Notes: generated by a model from the sequence alone, not told the origin. DNA of 64,000 bases from Deltaproteobacteria bacterium (GCA_019311105.1 JAFDDA010000018.1:14250-78249); one strand, 5' to 3'. Shown: positions 50,400 through 61,108, numbered from the stretch's first letter. Made by a program: numbers and translations.

Positions 50400-51161
50400 G
50401 TGTCCCTGCCTTCCCTGTCCCGCCGCGAGCGGGTGGCCCTCGGCGCCCAACGCGGGGTGAGCTTCTTGCTCGCCCCGCTGTGGGCGGCGGTCGTGTCGCT
50501 CGCCGTTCGCCGAGCCCGGTTCCGTTTCGAGGGCCTGGCCGAGATGCGCGCGGCCTACGCCCGGCTTCGCGCCGAGCCTGGGCCGGTGCTCGTCTGCGCG
50601 AACCACATGACCCTGGTGGACTCGTTCCTCGTGGCGTTCGCCTTGGGGAACCCGGCGTGGTTCCTGCTCCACTTCGCATCGGTGCCCTGGAACGTGCCCG
50701 AGGCGACGGTCTTCGCGAGCACGCCCTGGATGCGGGCGGCGACCTGGAGTCTGAAGTGCGTGACGATCCTGCGCGGCCGGCGCGACGCGGTGGCGGCGAC
50801 GCTTTCGCGCGTGGCTCACCTGCTCGGCCGGGGCGAGGCCGTGTTGGTCTTTCCGGAGGGCGGACGCAGCCGCGTAGGCCGAGTCGATGTCGACGCCCGC
50901 ACCTGGGCGGTGGGCCGCTTGCTTCGCAGCGTCCCCGCTTGCCGGGTGCTGTGCGTTCACCTCCGCGGTGAGGGGCAGACGGGCGTGACGGACTTTCCGC
51001 GGCGGGGGGAGCGCTTCCACGTCGCCTTCTCGACCATCGAGCCCAAGAGTGAGCGGCGCGGTCTGCGTGCCTGCGTGGAACTCTCGGGTCAGGTCTTGAG
51101 CGAACTCGCGCGCCTCGAGGGGCGCGAAGGGGGCCCGTGGGCGGGCCCGGTGCCGGCATGA
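50400..51161 (+). CDS. Lysophospholipid acyltransferase (PlsC family)
   Basis: NHMTLVD (HxxxxD), VFPEGGRS. Confidence 0.88.
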   Translation: MSLPSLSRRERVALGAQRGVSFLLAPLWAAVVSLAVRRARFRFEGLAEMRAAYARLRAEPGPVLVCANHMTLVDSFLVAFALGNPAWFLLHFASVPWNVPEATVFASTPWMRAATWSLKCVTILRGRRDAVAATLSRVAHLLGRGEAVLVFPEGGRSRVGRVDVDARTWAVGRLLRSVPACRVLCVHLRGEGQTGVTDFPRRGERFHVAFSTIEPKSERRGLRACVELSGQVLSELARLEGREGGPWAGPVPA

Positions 51162-51733
51162 GCCGCGCGGCCCTCGGCAATGATGTGGTCGATCTGCGCG
51201 ATGCCGATGCGCAGCCCGACACGCTGCATCCGCGCTTCGACGAGAAGGCGTTCCATGCCGGCGAGCGCACCTACATCGGGAGCGGGCCCGGCGTGAACCG
51301 TCGCCGTTGGTCCCTCTGGGCCGCCAAGGAGGCGGCGCACAAGGCCCTGCGACAAGAGGCGCCGGAGCTCGGCTTCGCACCGCGTCACTACCATGCGAGT
51401 CTCGATGAGAGCGGCCAGGGCCTGGTCCGGCGCGGTGAGGACGAGATCTCGGTGCGGGTCGAAGCCGACGGCGAGCGCGTCCACGCCGTGGCCTTCCGCG
51501 GAGATGCGTCGGACGTCCTTGGCGCGCTGGCATCGCTGCCGGAGGGTGGTGAGGCCGACCCCAGCCGGGCTGTGCGCGAGCTGTTGTACGACTCCTTACC
51601 GCCGGGTGTTCCGGCCCGTCTCGACCGCCGCGAGCGGATCCCGCGGCTGGAACTCGACGGGCAGGCTCTCCCTGTCTCCTTCTCGCATCACGGTCGCTTC
51701 GTCGCGATGGTTCGACGGGGTGGCCGGTCATGA
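51158..51733 (+). CDS. 4'-phosphopantetheinyl transferase (AcpS-like)
   Basis: GNDVVDL, WAAKEAAHKA, SFSHHGRF. Confidence 0.85.
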   Translation: MSRAALGNDVVDLRDADAQPDTLHPRFDEKAFHAGERTYIGSGPGVNRRRWSLWAAKEAAHKALRQEAPELGFAPRHYHASLDESGQGLVRRGEDEISVRVEADGERVHAVAFRGDASDVLGALASLPEGGEADPSRAVRELLYDSLPPGVPARLDRRERIPRLELDGQALPVSFSHHGRFVAMVRRGGRS

Positions 51734-54700
51734 GCGCGCAACCGCCCCTCCCGATTCGCAGGCTCGCGATCGTGAACCGCGGTGAAGCGGCGGTGCGCTG
51801 CATCCGTGCCGTGAAGTCGCTCCGCGAGAGCGAAGCTTCCGATCTCGAATGTCTCGCCCTCTACACCGAGGCGGACCGACGTGCACCCTTCGTGCGCCAG
51901 GCCGACCGCGCGGTGCGGCTCGCCGAAGAGAAGGGCGCCGTGGCGGCCTACCTGGACCGCGACGCCCTCGTGGAGCTGCTGGTCCGCGAGGACGTCGATG
52001 CCGTCTGGCCGGGCTGGGGCTTCGTGGCCGAAGATGCCGAGTTCGTCGACGGACTCCGCGAAGCTGGCATCACCTTTCTCGGGCCAACGGCTGAGGCGAT
52101 GCGGGCCGTCGGCGACAAGATCCGCGCCAAGGCGGTGGCCGAAGCGGCCGGGGTCCCGGTCGTGCCCTGGAGCGGCGGTTGTGCCGAGACCGTCGAGGCG
52201 GCCGGCGCCGCGGCAGAGACGCTTGGATACCCCGTCGCACTCAAAGCGTCCGCGGGCGGCGGCGGGCGCGGGATCCGGATGGTCGAGTCGCCCGGCGAGC
52301 TGGAAGAAGCCTTCCGAGGTGCTTCCGCCGAAGCCCGCAGTGCCTTCGGCGACGATCGCTTGTTCGTCGAGCGGCGCATCACAGGCGGCCGCCACATCGA
52401 GATCCAGGTCGTGGCCGACGAACACGGCACGGTGTTGGCTCTCGGGGGCCGCGACTGCTCGGTGCAACGTCGCCACCAGAAGGTGCTGGAAGAAGCGCCA
52501 CCCCAGGGACTGGCCCCCGGCCAGCTCGCCCGCCTCGAAAAGGCCGCGCGCGCCATCGCCCTCGCCGTGGGCTACCGCGGCGTCGGCACGGTCGAGTTCC
52601 TCGTCACTCCCGAAGAGTTCTTCTTTCTCGAGCTGAACCCGCGTCTGCAGGTCGAACACGGCGTCACCGAGGCCGTCACCGGCTGGGATCTCGTGCAGTG
52701 GCAGATCCGCATCGCTCGTGGTGAGGCGTTGCCGGCAGCCTCGCCCGAGCCGCGCGGCGTCGCCATCGAGGCTCGCGTCTGTGCCGAAGATCCGGACCTC
52801 GACTTCATGCCCTCACCCGGCCGCGTGGCGCGCTTCGAACCTTCCCTGGGCCCGGGCGTCCGCATCGACACCGGGATCACCACCGGTGCCGAGATCCCCG
52901 CGGAGTTCGACTCGCTCGTCGCCAAGGTGATCGCCAGTGGCGACGACCGCGAGCAGGCTCTCGGCCGGCTTTGCAGTGCGTTGGCCGACTTCGACCTGGT
53001 CGTGGAGGCGGGCGCGAGCAACAAGGGTTTCCTGCTCGACGTGCTGGCCAGCGACGACTTCCGTGCCGGGGGCGTAGACACGACGTGGCTCGATCGCTTC
53101 GTGGTCGAGCGGGAAGGGGCCGCGCCGTTCGCCGTCGAAGCGCTGGTGGCGGCGACCGTGCTGGCCTATCAGCGCGCTCGCGGTGCAGCTCGAGCGAACT
53201 TCTATGCCGATGCCAACGACATCTCGCCCGACCGCGTCCCGCCCTCGGACGGGCTCGTCGTCGATCTGGTCCACCGCGGTCGCGGCTACCGGCTCGAGGT
53301 CTATGCCGTCGGAGGCTGGGGCTACCGAGTGCACCTCGATGGGCGTGCGCTGTTCGTGACCTTCGAGGAGGAAGGTGCCCACACGGGTCGCCTCACCGTG
53401 GGCGAGCGTGGCTTCCACGTCGTGCACGACGCGGTCGGCTCGGACCTGCGCGTCGAGATCGGCGGCCACCCGCATCGCTTCGGCCGCGACACGGCGGGCC
53501 AGGTGCGTGCGGGAACGCCGGCGATGGTCGTGGCGCTCCACGTCGCGCCCGGCGACTCGGTGGCGCGCGGGGACACCCTCGGCGTCCTCGAAGCCATGAA
53601 GACCGAGATCCGCTTCGACGCACCCGTCGCCGGGGTCGTGAAGGAGGTGCCGGTCCGGGTCGGTGCCCAGGTGGCCGCGGGCGACGTGTTGCTGGTGATC
53701 GAGCCCGAAGGGGAGGGCGCCGCCGAGGTCTCCGAAGGCCCCGCGCTCGCTCTCCCCGAAGTGCGAGACCCGCTGACGCCTCTGTTCGCGCCGGACCAGG
53801 GAGCGCCGGATCTGACCTTGGCGGATCGGGCGCCCGCCCCCGAGCGCCGGGAGGCGTTCCGAGCCGTACGCACCGAGGTCCGCCGTGTCTTGCTCGGCTA
53901 CGACGCAAACCTCGACCGCACGGCGCGCCTCGCCGAATTCCTCGAAGCGCCGATCCCGGAAGGGCTGTCCGATGCCTTCCGTTCGCGGCTCGCCGAGATC
54001 CGTCACGAACTGACCGTCTTCGCCGATGTCGAGCGGCTGTTCATCCGGTCGCAACGCGCCTCGGTGACCGGCGCGGGCGGCCCGTCGAACCACGCACGGC
54101 TGCGCATGTTCGTGCGCCGCATGCACGCCGGCGGCGCCGGCCTGCACGACGAGTACCTGACCTTGGTCGAGCGGGCGCTCGCTCACTACGGCGTGGTCGA
54201 ACTCGACGGCAGCGATGCGCTCGAGCGCGCCGTCCTGCGACTGCTCGCCACCCAGAAGGCACGCGCGCTGCGCCATCGACTGGTGCGCGCAGCCCTGAGC
54301 CGGGTCATCCGCCTCGCGCGCGACGGCGTCCATCTGGGCGGTGATGCCGAACTGCGGAGCGCTCTCGATGGCATCGTTGGTCTTCGGGGCCTCGTGGCCG
54401 ACGGCCTCGCCGACGCCGCCCTCGAAGCCCGTTACCAGGTCTTCGAACGGCCGGAGATCGAGGGCCGCGCGGAACGCACGAGCAAGCAGGTCGAAGCCTG
54501 GCTCGACGCGGCCGAAGCCGACCCGACCGCGCCGCCCGGGCCCGTGCTCGCGGAGCTGGCCGTCGCGCCGCGAGTCGTCTTCGATCGGGCGGGTGGCTGG
54601 CTCGCATCGCCGGCCCTGGGCCGACGTTCGGTGGCCCTCGGTGCCCACCTGCTTCGCCTCTATCATCCGCAGACGCCGCAGCTCCAGACCGGCGCTACCT

Positions 54701-57300
54701 GGGACGACGTCGTCCTGGAACGGATCGAACTCTCGGATGGGCGGGTCATCGTCGGCGCCGCCGCGCCGGCCAGCGCAGCGGCGTCGGCCCTTTCACGCCT
54801 CGCCCGGGCTGCAGGGGTCCAGGGAGCCGACGCGGCGGAGCTGTTGGTTTCGGATGATCTCGATGGGTCGGAGTGCGACTTCGTGCTCGGCAACGCGGCG
54901 GGCGCTGGCATCGACGCGGATCGCCTCACCGTGGGTTGGGTCCGCGAGGGTGGGCCCGATCGCTTCGAGACGCTGCTGCGCGGCGCCGACGATGCCTTCG
55001 TTCCCGCGCCCGAGTTGCACGGCGTGCACCCCGAGGTCGCGGACCGGATCGAACTCTCGCGCCTCTCGGCCTTCGATCTCGAACGCCTCGACGCCGACGA
55101 CGGCATCTATGCCTTCCGCGCCCGGGCCAAGGAGTCGCCCGGCGACGAGCGCATGATCGTGCTGGCGGACGTTCACGGCGCCGGCAACGGCCCCGAGGCC
55201 GCGCCCCACATCCCGGTCTTCGAACGCATGTTCCACGCGGCGGCGCGGACGTTGCGTCAGCTCGTGGCGCGCCACGATCCGAAGCGACGCCTGCAGTGGA
55301 ACCGGATCGCGCTGTTCGTCGCACCGGCGCTCGTGGTGGAGCAACAACTCGCGAGCGACCTTTCCAGCCGCCTTGCACCGGCCACCCGACACCTCGGGTT
55401 GGAGAAGGTGCTCGTCCGGCTGCGCCTGCTCGACGCGGCCGATCCGGCGCGGCCCGTCCAGACCCTCGAGATCGAGATCAACGAGCTGCCGGGCTCGCGG
55501 ATGGATCTGCATTGGCGTGAGCCGCACAGCCGCCCGCTCGAACCCCGCAGCCCCTACGAACGGCGCGTGGGCGAGGCGCGCCGCCGCGGCCTCGTGGAGC
55601 CCTACGAGATCGTTCGCATGTTGTGTGGCGGCGGGCGAGCGCCCGGCGCCGCCGGCGACCCGTCGCTTCCGCCGGCTCGCTTCGAGGAATTCGATCTCGC
55701 CGAAGGCCCCGCGGAGCCGCACCCCCGGGCCGTCAGCGTCGACGGCCGTGCTCACGGCCGGAACGACAGCGGCGTCGTGTTCGGGGTCATCACGACCCCG
55801 ACCGAGAAGGTTCCCGAGGGCATGCGGCGCGTGCTCGTGCTGTCCGACCCGACCCGTCACATGGGCGCGCTCGCCGCGGGCGAGTGCGACCGCCTCGTGG
55901 CGGCCCTGGATCTCGCCGAGGCTCACGGCCTGCCCGTGGAGTGGGTGCCCGTCTCGAGCGGTGCGCGGATCGCGATGGACAGTGGCACCGAGAACCTCGA
56001 CGCAACCGCCCGGGTCGTGCGTCGCATCATCGAATTCACCGACGCCGGCCACACCATCCACGTGATCGTGGACGGCGTGAACGTCGGCGCCCAGAGCTAC
56101 TTCGATGCGCTCTCGACCATGGGGGCCCGAACGCGCGGGGTTCTCATCATGACCCAGCGGGGCTCGATGGTCCTGACCGGGCGCGCGGCGTTGGCCGCCT
56201 CTGGCGCTGTCTCGGCCGAGGACGAGGTCGCCATCGGTGGCTACGAGCGCGTCATGGGCCCGAACGGCGAGGCGCAGTATCTCGCGCAGGATCTCGCCGA
56301 CGCCTTCCGCATCCTCTACCAGCACTACCACTTCAGCTACGTCGTCCCCGGCGAGGGGGCACCGCGCCGGCACGCCAGCAGCGACCCGGTCGAGCGCGAC
56401 GTCACCACCGCAGCGTGTGCGGACCCGAGCGCCGGCTTCGCCACCGTGGGCGAGATCTTCGACGACGCCACCAACCCCGGCCGCAAGGCCCCCTTCGCCA
56501 TGCGCGATGTGATGTCGGCCCTGGTCGACACCGACGGCGGCCATCTGGAGCGCTGGCCGGGCTGGGTCGGCGCCGAGACCGCGATCACGTGGGACGCCCA
56601 CCTCGGCGGCCACGCCGTCACACTGATCGGTGTCGAGAGCCAGCCGACGGTGCGCGAGGGATATCGGCCCCTCGATGGGCCCGAGACCTGGAGTGGGGGG
56701 ACGCTCTTCCCGCTGTCTTCGAAGAAGGTCGCGAGATCCCTGGCCGCAGCCAGCGGCGTCCGTCCGGCCGTCGTCCTGGCGAACCTCTCGGGCTTCGACG
56801 GCTCCCCGGAATCCATGCGGAAGCTGCAGCTCGAATACGGCGCGCAGATCGCGCGGGCGGTGGTCCAGTTCCGCGGACCGATCCTCTTCACCGTGGTGTC
56901 TCGCTACCACGGCGGCGCCTACGTCGTCTTCTCCGGGGCGCTCAACGACGGGCTGCGCCCTGCGGCCCTCGCGGGCAGCTATGCATCGGTGATCGGCGGC
57001 GGAGCCGCGGCGGCCGTGGTCTTCCCACGCGACGTTCGTGCGCGGGCGGCGGCCGACCCACGCGTCGAGGCGCTGGAGGCTGCTATGCGCGCCGCGCCGA
57101 GCCCGGAAGCGCGCGCCCGCTACGACGAGACCTTCTCCGACGTTCTCCTCGAGAAGCAGTCGGCGGTGGCCGCCGAGTTCGACGGCATCCACACCGTCGA
57201 GCGCGCGCGCACGGTCGGATCCCTCGAGTCGATCATCGACCCCCGTGAGCTTCGGCCGATCCTCGCGCGCCAGCTCGACGCAGCGCGCAAACCCCGCTGA
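51730..57300 (+). CDS. Single-chain multidomain biotin-dependent acyl-CoA carboxylase (BC-BCCP-central-CT), 1856 aa
   Basis: NRGEAA, WPGWGFVAE, GGGGRG, CSVQRRHQK, ELNPRLQVEH; biotin motif EAMKT; CT motifs SSGARI, LANLSGFDGS, YHGGAYVV. Confidence 0.92.
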   Translation: MSAQPPLPIRRLAIVNRGEAAVRCIRAVKSLRESEASDLECLALYTEADRRAPFVRQADRAVRLAEEKGAVAAYLDRDALVELLVREDVDAVWPGWGFVAEDAEFVDGLREAGITFLGPTAEAMRAVGDKIRAKAVAEAAGVPVVPWSGGCAETVEAAGAAAETLGYPVALKASAGGGGRGIRMVESPGELEEAFRGASAEARSAFGDDRLFVERRITGGRHIEIQVVADEHGTVLALGGRDCSVQRRHQKVLEEAPPQGLAPGQLARLEKAARAIALAVGYRGVGTVEFLVTPEEFFFLELNPRLQVEHGVTEAVTGWDLVQWQIRIARGEALPAASPEPRGVAIEARVCAEDPDLDFMPSPGRVARFEPSLGPGVRIDTGITTGAEIPAEFDSLVAKVIASGDDREQALGRLCSALADFDLVVEAGASNKGFLLDVLASDDFRAGGVDTTWLDRFVVEREGAAPFAVEALVAATVLAYQRARGAARANFYADANDISPDRVPPSDGLVVDLVHRGRGYRLEVYAVGGWGYRVHLDGRALFVTFEEEGAHTGRLTVGERGFHVVHDAVGSDLRVEIGGHPHRFGRDTAGQVRAGTPAMVVALHVAPGDSVARGDTLGVLEAMKTEIRFDAPVAGVVKEVPVRVGAQVAAGDVLLVIEPEGEGAAEVSEGPALALPEVRDPLTPLFAPDQGAPDLTLADRAPAPERREAFRAVRTEVRRVLLGYDANLDRTARLAEFLEAPIPEGLSDAFRSRLAEIRHELTVFADVERLFIRSQRASVTGAGGPSNHARLRMFVRRMHAGGAGLHDEYLTLVERALAHYGVVELDGSDALERAVLRLLATQKARALRHRLVRAALSRVIRLARDGVHLGGDAELRSALDGIVGLRGLVADGLADAALEARYQVFERPEIEGRAERTSKQVEAWLDAAEADPTAPPGPVLAELAVAPRVVFDRAGGWLASPALGRRSVALGAHLLRLYHPQTPQLQTGATWDDVVLERIELSDGRVIVGAAAPASAAASALSRLARAAGVQGADAAELLVSDDLDGSECDFVLGNAAGAGIDADRLTVGWVREGGPDRFETLLRGADDAFVPAPELHGVHPEVADRIELSRLSAFDLERLDADDGIYAFRARAKESPGDERMIVLADVHGAGNGPEAAPHIPVFERMFHAAARTLRQLVARHDPKRRLQWNRIALFVAPALVVEQQLASDLSSRLAPATRHLGLEKVLVRLRLLDAADPARPVQTLEIEINELPGSRMDLHWREPHSRPLEPRSPYERRVGEARRRGLVEPYEIVRMLCGGGRAPGAAGDPSLPPARFEEFDLAEGPAEPHPRAVSVDGRAHGRNDSGVVFGVITTPTEKVPEGMRRVLVLSDPTRHMGALAAGECDRLVAALDLAEAHGLPVEWVPVSSGARIAMDSGTENLDATARVVRRIIEFTDAGHTIHVIVDGVNVGAQSYFDALSTMGARTRGVLIMTQRGSMVLTGRAALAASGAVSAEDEVAIGGYERVMGPNGEAQYLAQDLADAFRILYQHYHFSYVVPGEGAPRRHASSDPVERDVTTAACADPSAGFATVGEIFDDATNPGRKAPFAMRDVMSALVDTDGGHLERWPGWVGAETAITWDAHLGGHAVTLIGVESQPTVREGYRPLDGPETWSGGTLFPLSSKKVARSLAAASGVRPAVVLANLSGFDGSPESMRKLQLEYGAQIARAVVQFRGPILFTVVSRYHGGAYVVFSGALNDGLRPAALAGSYASVIGGGAAAAVVFPRDVRARAAADPRVEALEAAMRAAPSPEARARYDETFSDVLLEKQSAVAAEFDGIHTVERARTVGSLESIIDPRELRPILARQLDAARKPR

Positions 57301-57357
57301 GCCGAGCGGGGCGCGCTTGACCGCGACCGCCCGGGTCTGCTTTCGTACCTCGGGCCG

Positions 57358-57444
57358 GCCCCGATGCTGGAACTGGTAGACAGGACGGGCTTAGAACCCG
57401 TTGCCTTCACGGGCGTGCAGGTTCGAACCCTGCTCGGGGCACCA
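57358..57444 (+). tRNA. tRNA-Leu (TAG)
   Basis: GCCCCGA/TCGGGGC stem, ACGGG-CT TAG AA-CCCGT, long variable arm, GGTTCGAACCC, CCA; 87 nt. Confidence 0.96.
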
Positions 57445-57571
57445 TCCGGCGCTTCCCGCAGCTTCCTGGCGCGTCTGGGAGGCAGCGTCGCCGGGGCGTT
57501 CTGCTAGCGTCCCAGCTTCCCATCCAATCCGCCGCGCCTGTGTCGCGGCCCGAAGAATCCTGGAGCCAACC

Positions 57572-58888
57572 GTGGCCGACCCCTCCGTTGCTTTCGAGCT
57601 GAACACCCGTGAAGAAGGCGCCGTCCAGCGCACCCTCGAGGTCGAGATCGCCGCCGAGCCGGTGAAGAAGGCCTTCGGTCGAGTCTTGCGCGACTTCGGC
57701 AAGCAGGCGCGCGTCCGCGGCTTCCGGCCCGGCAAGGCCCCGCGTTCGGTGATCCAGAAGCTCTACGGCGGCAGCGTCGCCGAAGAGGTCGAGCGTTGGC
57801 TCGTCGGCCAGACTCTCGAGCGGGCGGTCGAAGAGAGCGGCGTGTCGCCCATCGTCGAGCCCACGATCGATGCCCCGCCGCCCGTCGAGGGCGAGCCCTT
57901 CACCTACCGCATCGGCATGGAGTTGAAGCCCGAAATCGAACTCGGCGACGTCGTCGGGCTCCCGGGCAAGAAGCCCGTGGTGACCGTCGAAGACGAAGCC
58001 GTCGATCGCGAACTCGAGAGCATGCGCGAGCGCGCCGCGGTGATGGCCGAAGAGCCCGAGGCGACCGAGGCGGCCGAGGGCCACACGCTGACGATCGACT
58101 TCGTCGGCCGCGTGGACGGCAAGCCCTTCGAAGGCGGCACCGCCCAGGGCCACGAGCTCGAACTCGGTTCGGGCCGCTTCGTGCCGGGCTTCGAAGAGCA
58201 GCTCGAAGGTGCGAAGTCCGGCGAGGACAAGAGCGTCGAGATCACCTTCCCCGACGACTACGGCAACGCCGAACTCGCCGGGAAGAAGGCGAGCTTCGAC
58301 GTCCACGTCGTGACGATCCGGCGCCGGGACGTCCCGGAACTCGACGACGAGTTCGCCAAGGATCTGGGCGAGGAGTTCGAGAGCCTCGACGAGCTGCGCG
58401 CGAAGGTGCTCGGCGACCTCGAGAGGAACGCCGAGCAGCGCGCGAAGAGCGAGCTCGAGCGCAGCGTCGTCGATGCCCTGATCGACCAGAACGAATTCGA
58501 GGTCGGGCCCGGCCTCGTCGACCGTCAGCTCCAGAACCGGCTCCAGGGGGCCCATCAGCAGCTCGAGGCCTCGATCCCCAACGAGCAGCTGCACCAACAG
58601 CTCGGGCGCTGGCGCGAGGAGTGGCGCCCCCAGGCGGAGCGCGAGGTGCGCGAGACCCTGCTCCTCGAAGCCGTGGCCAAGACCCAGGGCCTCGAGGTGG
58701 ACGACGCAGACATCGACGCCCACCTCGAGGAGATGGCCGCCGAGCAGGCCGGCCACGACGCCGAGGGCCTTCGGAAGCTCTACGAAGATCGGAACCTGAT
58801 GGACGGCCTGCGCGCCCAGCTGGCCGACCGCAAGGCGTTGGCATGGCTCTGCGACGAGGCTAAAGTCGAAGAGGTTTCAGACAGTTAG
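57572..58888 (+). CDS. tig: Trigger factor
   Basis: GFRPGKAP, FKBP domain (IDFVG...FEGG...FVPGFEEQL...FPDDY); between tRNA-Leu and clpP. Confidence 0.95.
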   Translation: MADPSVAFELNTREEGAVQRTLEVEIAAEPVKKAFGRVLRDFGKQARVRGFRPGKAPRSVIQKLYGGSVAEEVERWLVGQTLERAVEESGVSPIVEPTIDAPPPVEGEPFTYRIGMELKPEIELGDVVGLPGKKPVVTVEDEAVDRELESMRERAAVMAEEPEATEAAEGHTLTIDFVGRVDGKPFEGGTAQGHELELGSGRFVPGFEEQLEGAKSGEDKSVEITFPDDYGNAELAGKKASFDVHVVTIRRRDVPELDDEFAKDLGEEFESLDELRAKVLGDLERNAEQRAKSELERSVVDALIDQNEFEVGPGLVDRQLQNRLQGAHQQLEASIPNEQLHQQLGRWREEWRPQAEREVRETLLLEAVAKTQGLEVDDADIDAHLEEMAAEQAGHDAEGLRKLYEDRNLMDGLRAQLADRKALAWLCDEAKVEEVSDS

Positions 58889-59141
58889 GGACCAATCGGC
58901 GCCCTGGCTGCCTCCGCGACACCGCCCTCCGGGGCATGCGGGCCCTTCCCACCGGCCCGCGCCCGGCGTCGTCTGAACCGAGTCGAGAGTTGGAACGGGA
59001 TGCGGCCTGCGAGGCCCGCTCGGGCCGTCTGGCGCATGTCGCAGTGCGTCGGGCGCCGCCGGGGCCCAATGGGTAGCATCCCCCACGGCGGGGCCCGGCC
59101 CCGCTGAAACGCCCTTCGGGGTAGGGGAGACAGAGAGGTTC

Positions 59142-59789
59142 ATGGCGCTGGTACCGATCGTCGTCGAACAGGATCACCGAGGCGAGCGCGCCTATGACAT
59201 CTACTCGCGCTTGCTGCGCGACCGGATCATCTTCCTCGGGACGCCGGTCGACGACGACATCGCGAACGTGATCATTGCCCAGCTGCTCTTCCTCGAGGCC
59301 GAAGAACCCGAGAAGGACATCTCGATCTACATCAATTCGCCGGGCGGCTCCGTCACGGCGGGCCTCGCGATCTACGACACGATTCAATACGTGCGGCCCG
59401 ACGTGTCGACGATCTGCATGGGCCAGGCGGCCAGCATGGGAGCCTTGCTGCTCACCTCCGGCACGAAGGGCAAGCGCTTCGGCCTGCCGAACTCGCGCAT
59501 CCTGATCCACCAGCCCATGGGCGGCTTTCAGGGACAGGCAACCGAGATCGATATCCAGGCGCGGGAGATCCTGAAACTCCGCGAGAACCTCAACAGGATC
59601 CTTGCGCATCACACCGGCCAGACCGCCGAAAAGATCGCCGCCGATACCGACCGTGACTATTATATGTCCGGTGAACAGGCGACGGAGTACGGCCTGATCG
59701 ATCAGGTCGTTGATCGCCGCGACCTGTTGCCGTCTGCCAGGGCCACCGGGGCCAACGGCAGTGGCAAGAACGGCGGGAGCAAGGGATGA
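59142..59789 (+). CDS. clpP: ATP-dependent Clp protease proteolytic subunit
   Basis: [36 protein letters not shown]. Confidence 0.98.
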   Translation: MALVPIVVEQDHRGERAYDIYSRLLRDRIIFLGTPVDDDIANVIIAQLLFLEAEEPEKDISIYINSPGGSVTAGLAIYDTIQYVRPDVSTICMGQAASMGALLLTSGTKGKRFGLPNSRILIHQPMGGFQGQATEIDIQAREILKLRENLNRILAHHTGQTAEKIAADTDRDYYMSGEQATEYGLIDQVVDRRDLLPSARATGANGSGKNGGSKG

Positions 59790-61033
59790 AGAAGCGCGAG
59801 GACAACGCGAACCTGTCGTGCTCCTTCTGTGGCAAGAGCCAGAAGGAAGTCAAGAAGCTCATCGCGGGGCCCACGGTCTACATCTGCGACGAGTGCATCG
59901 AACTCTGCAACGACATCATCGCGGAAGAGTACGGCCGCGAAGAGACGACCGAGCCGAGTTCCCACGTCCCCAAGCCGAAAGAGATCAAGGAGACCCTGGA
60001 CGACTACGTGATCGGCCAGGACTCGGCGAAGAAGACCCTCGCGGTGGCCGTGCACAACCACTACCGCCGAGTCGAGAGCCAGGCCTTCGTGGGTGACGTC
60101 GAGTTGCAGAAGGCGAACATCTGCCTCATCGGGCCCACGGGCTCGGGCAAGACCCTGCTGGCCCAGACCCTGGCCAAGATCCTGGACGTCCCCTTCACCA
60201 TCGCCGACGCCACGACGCTCACCGAAGCGGGCTACGTGGGCGAGGACGTCGAGAACATCATCCTGAACCTGCTCCAGGCGGCGAACTACGACGTCGACAA
60301 GGCGCAGCGCGGGATCATCTACATCGACGAGATCGACAAGATCGCCCGCAAGAGCGAGAACCCCTCCATCACGCGCGACGTGTCGGGGGAGGGCGTGCAG
60401 CAGGCGCTCCTCAAGATCATCGAGGGCACCACCGCCAGCGTGCCGCCCAAGGGCGGGCGCAAGCATCCCCAGCAGGAGTTCCTGCAGATCGACACGTCGA
60501 ACATCCTCTTCATCTGCGGCGGCGCGTTCTGCGGGCTCGAGCAGGTGATCCAGCGCCGCATCGGCGTGAAGGGGATGGGCTTCGGCGCGAACATCCAGAA
60601 GGCCGAAGACATCGCGCTCGGCGAGATCCTGGCCGATGTCCAGACGGAAGACCTGCTGAAGTTCGGGCTGATCCCCGAGTTCGTCGGCCGCATCCCGGTG
60701 ATCGCGACGCTCGAGGAGCTGAACGTGGAGGCGCTCATCGACATCCTCACCAAGCCCAAGAACGCGCTGATGAAGCAGTTCCAGAAGCTCTTCGAGTTCG
60801 AGGACGTGCGGCTGCGCTTCACCGAGGGCGCCCTCGGCGCGGTGGCGCGCAAGGCCCTCACCCGCAAGTCTGGCGCCCGCGGGCTGCGCTCGATCCTGGA
60901 AGCCGTGATGTTGGACCTGATGTACGAAATTCCTTCGCGTGATGACATCGAGGAGTGCGTCATCAATCAAGAAGTGATCGAGCAGAACGCGGCGCCGCTT
61001 CTCGTCTACAAGCGAGAGGCGGAGTCCGCCTAG
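59786..61033 (+). CDS. clpX: Clp protease ATP-binding subunit ClpX
   Basis: CSFCGK...ICDEC Zn finger, [22 protein letters not shown]. Confidence 0.98.
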   Translation: MKKREDNANLSCSFCGKSQKEVKKLIAGPTVYICDECIELCNDIIAEEYGREETTEPSSHVPKPKEIKETLDDYVIGQDSAKKTLAVAVHNHYRRVESQAFVGDVELQKANICLIGPTGSGKTLLAQTLAKILDVPFTIADATTLTEAGYVGEDVENIILNLLQAANYDVDKAQRGIIYIDEIDKIARKSENPSITRDVSGEGVQQALLKIIEGTTASVPPKGGRKHPQQEFLQIDTSNILFICGGAFCGLEQVIQRRIGVKGMGFGANIQKAEDIALGEILADVQTEDLLKFGLIPEFVGRIPVIATLEELNVEALIDILTKPKNALMKQFQKLFEFEDVRLRFTEGALGAVARKALTRKSGARGLRSILEAVMLDLMYEIPSRDDIEECVINQEVIEQNAAPLLVYKREAESA

Positions 61034-61108
61034 CACGGCTGAGGCCGGAACCCGGCGCGGCCGGGGCCGGGTTACAGACCGAGCGCCGTAGCGCCGAAGC
61101 GGGAGTTG

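Noticed and set aside
45129-57300. Type II PKS or aryl-polyene cluster
   Set aside because: Single intact KS with no chain-length factor, cyclase or aryl-loading enzymes; enoyl reductase plus FabA point to fatty-acid synthesis
42709-57444. tRNA-anchored genomic island containing the fab operon
   Set aside because: No integrase, no duplicated tRNA 3' end noticed, no obvious compositional shift by eye; tRNA-Leu before tig is a common arrangement
58889-59141. ncRNA or riboswitch in the tig-clpP spacer
   Set aside because: Only generic GC-rich hairpins; no family motif recognised, though an Rfam scan would be needed to exclude one
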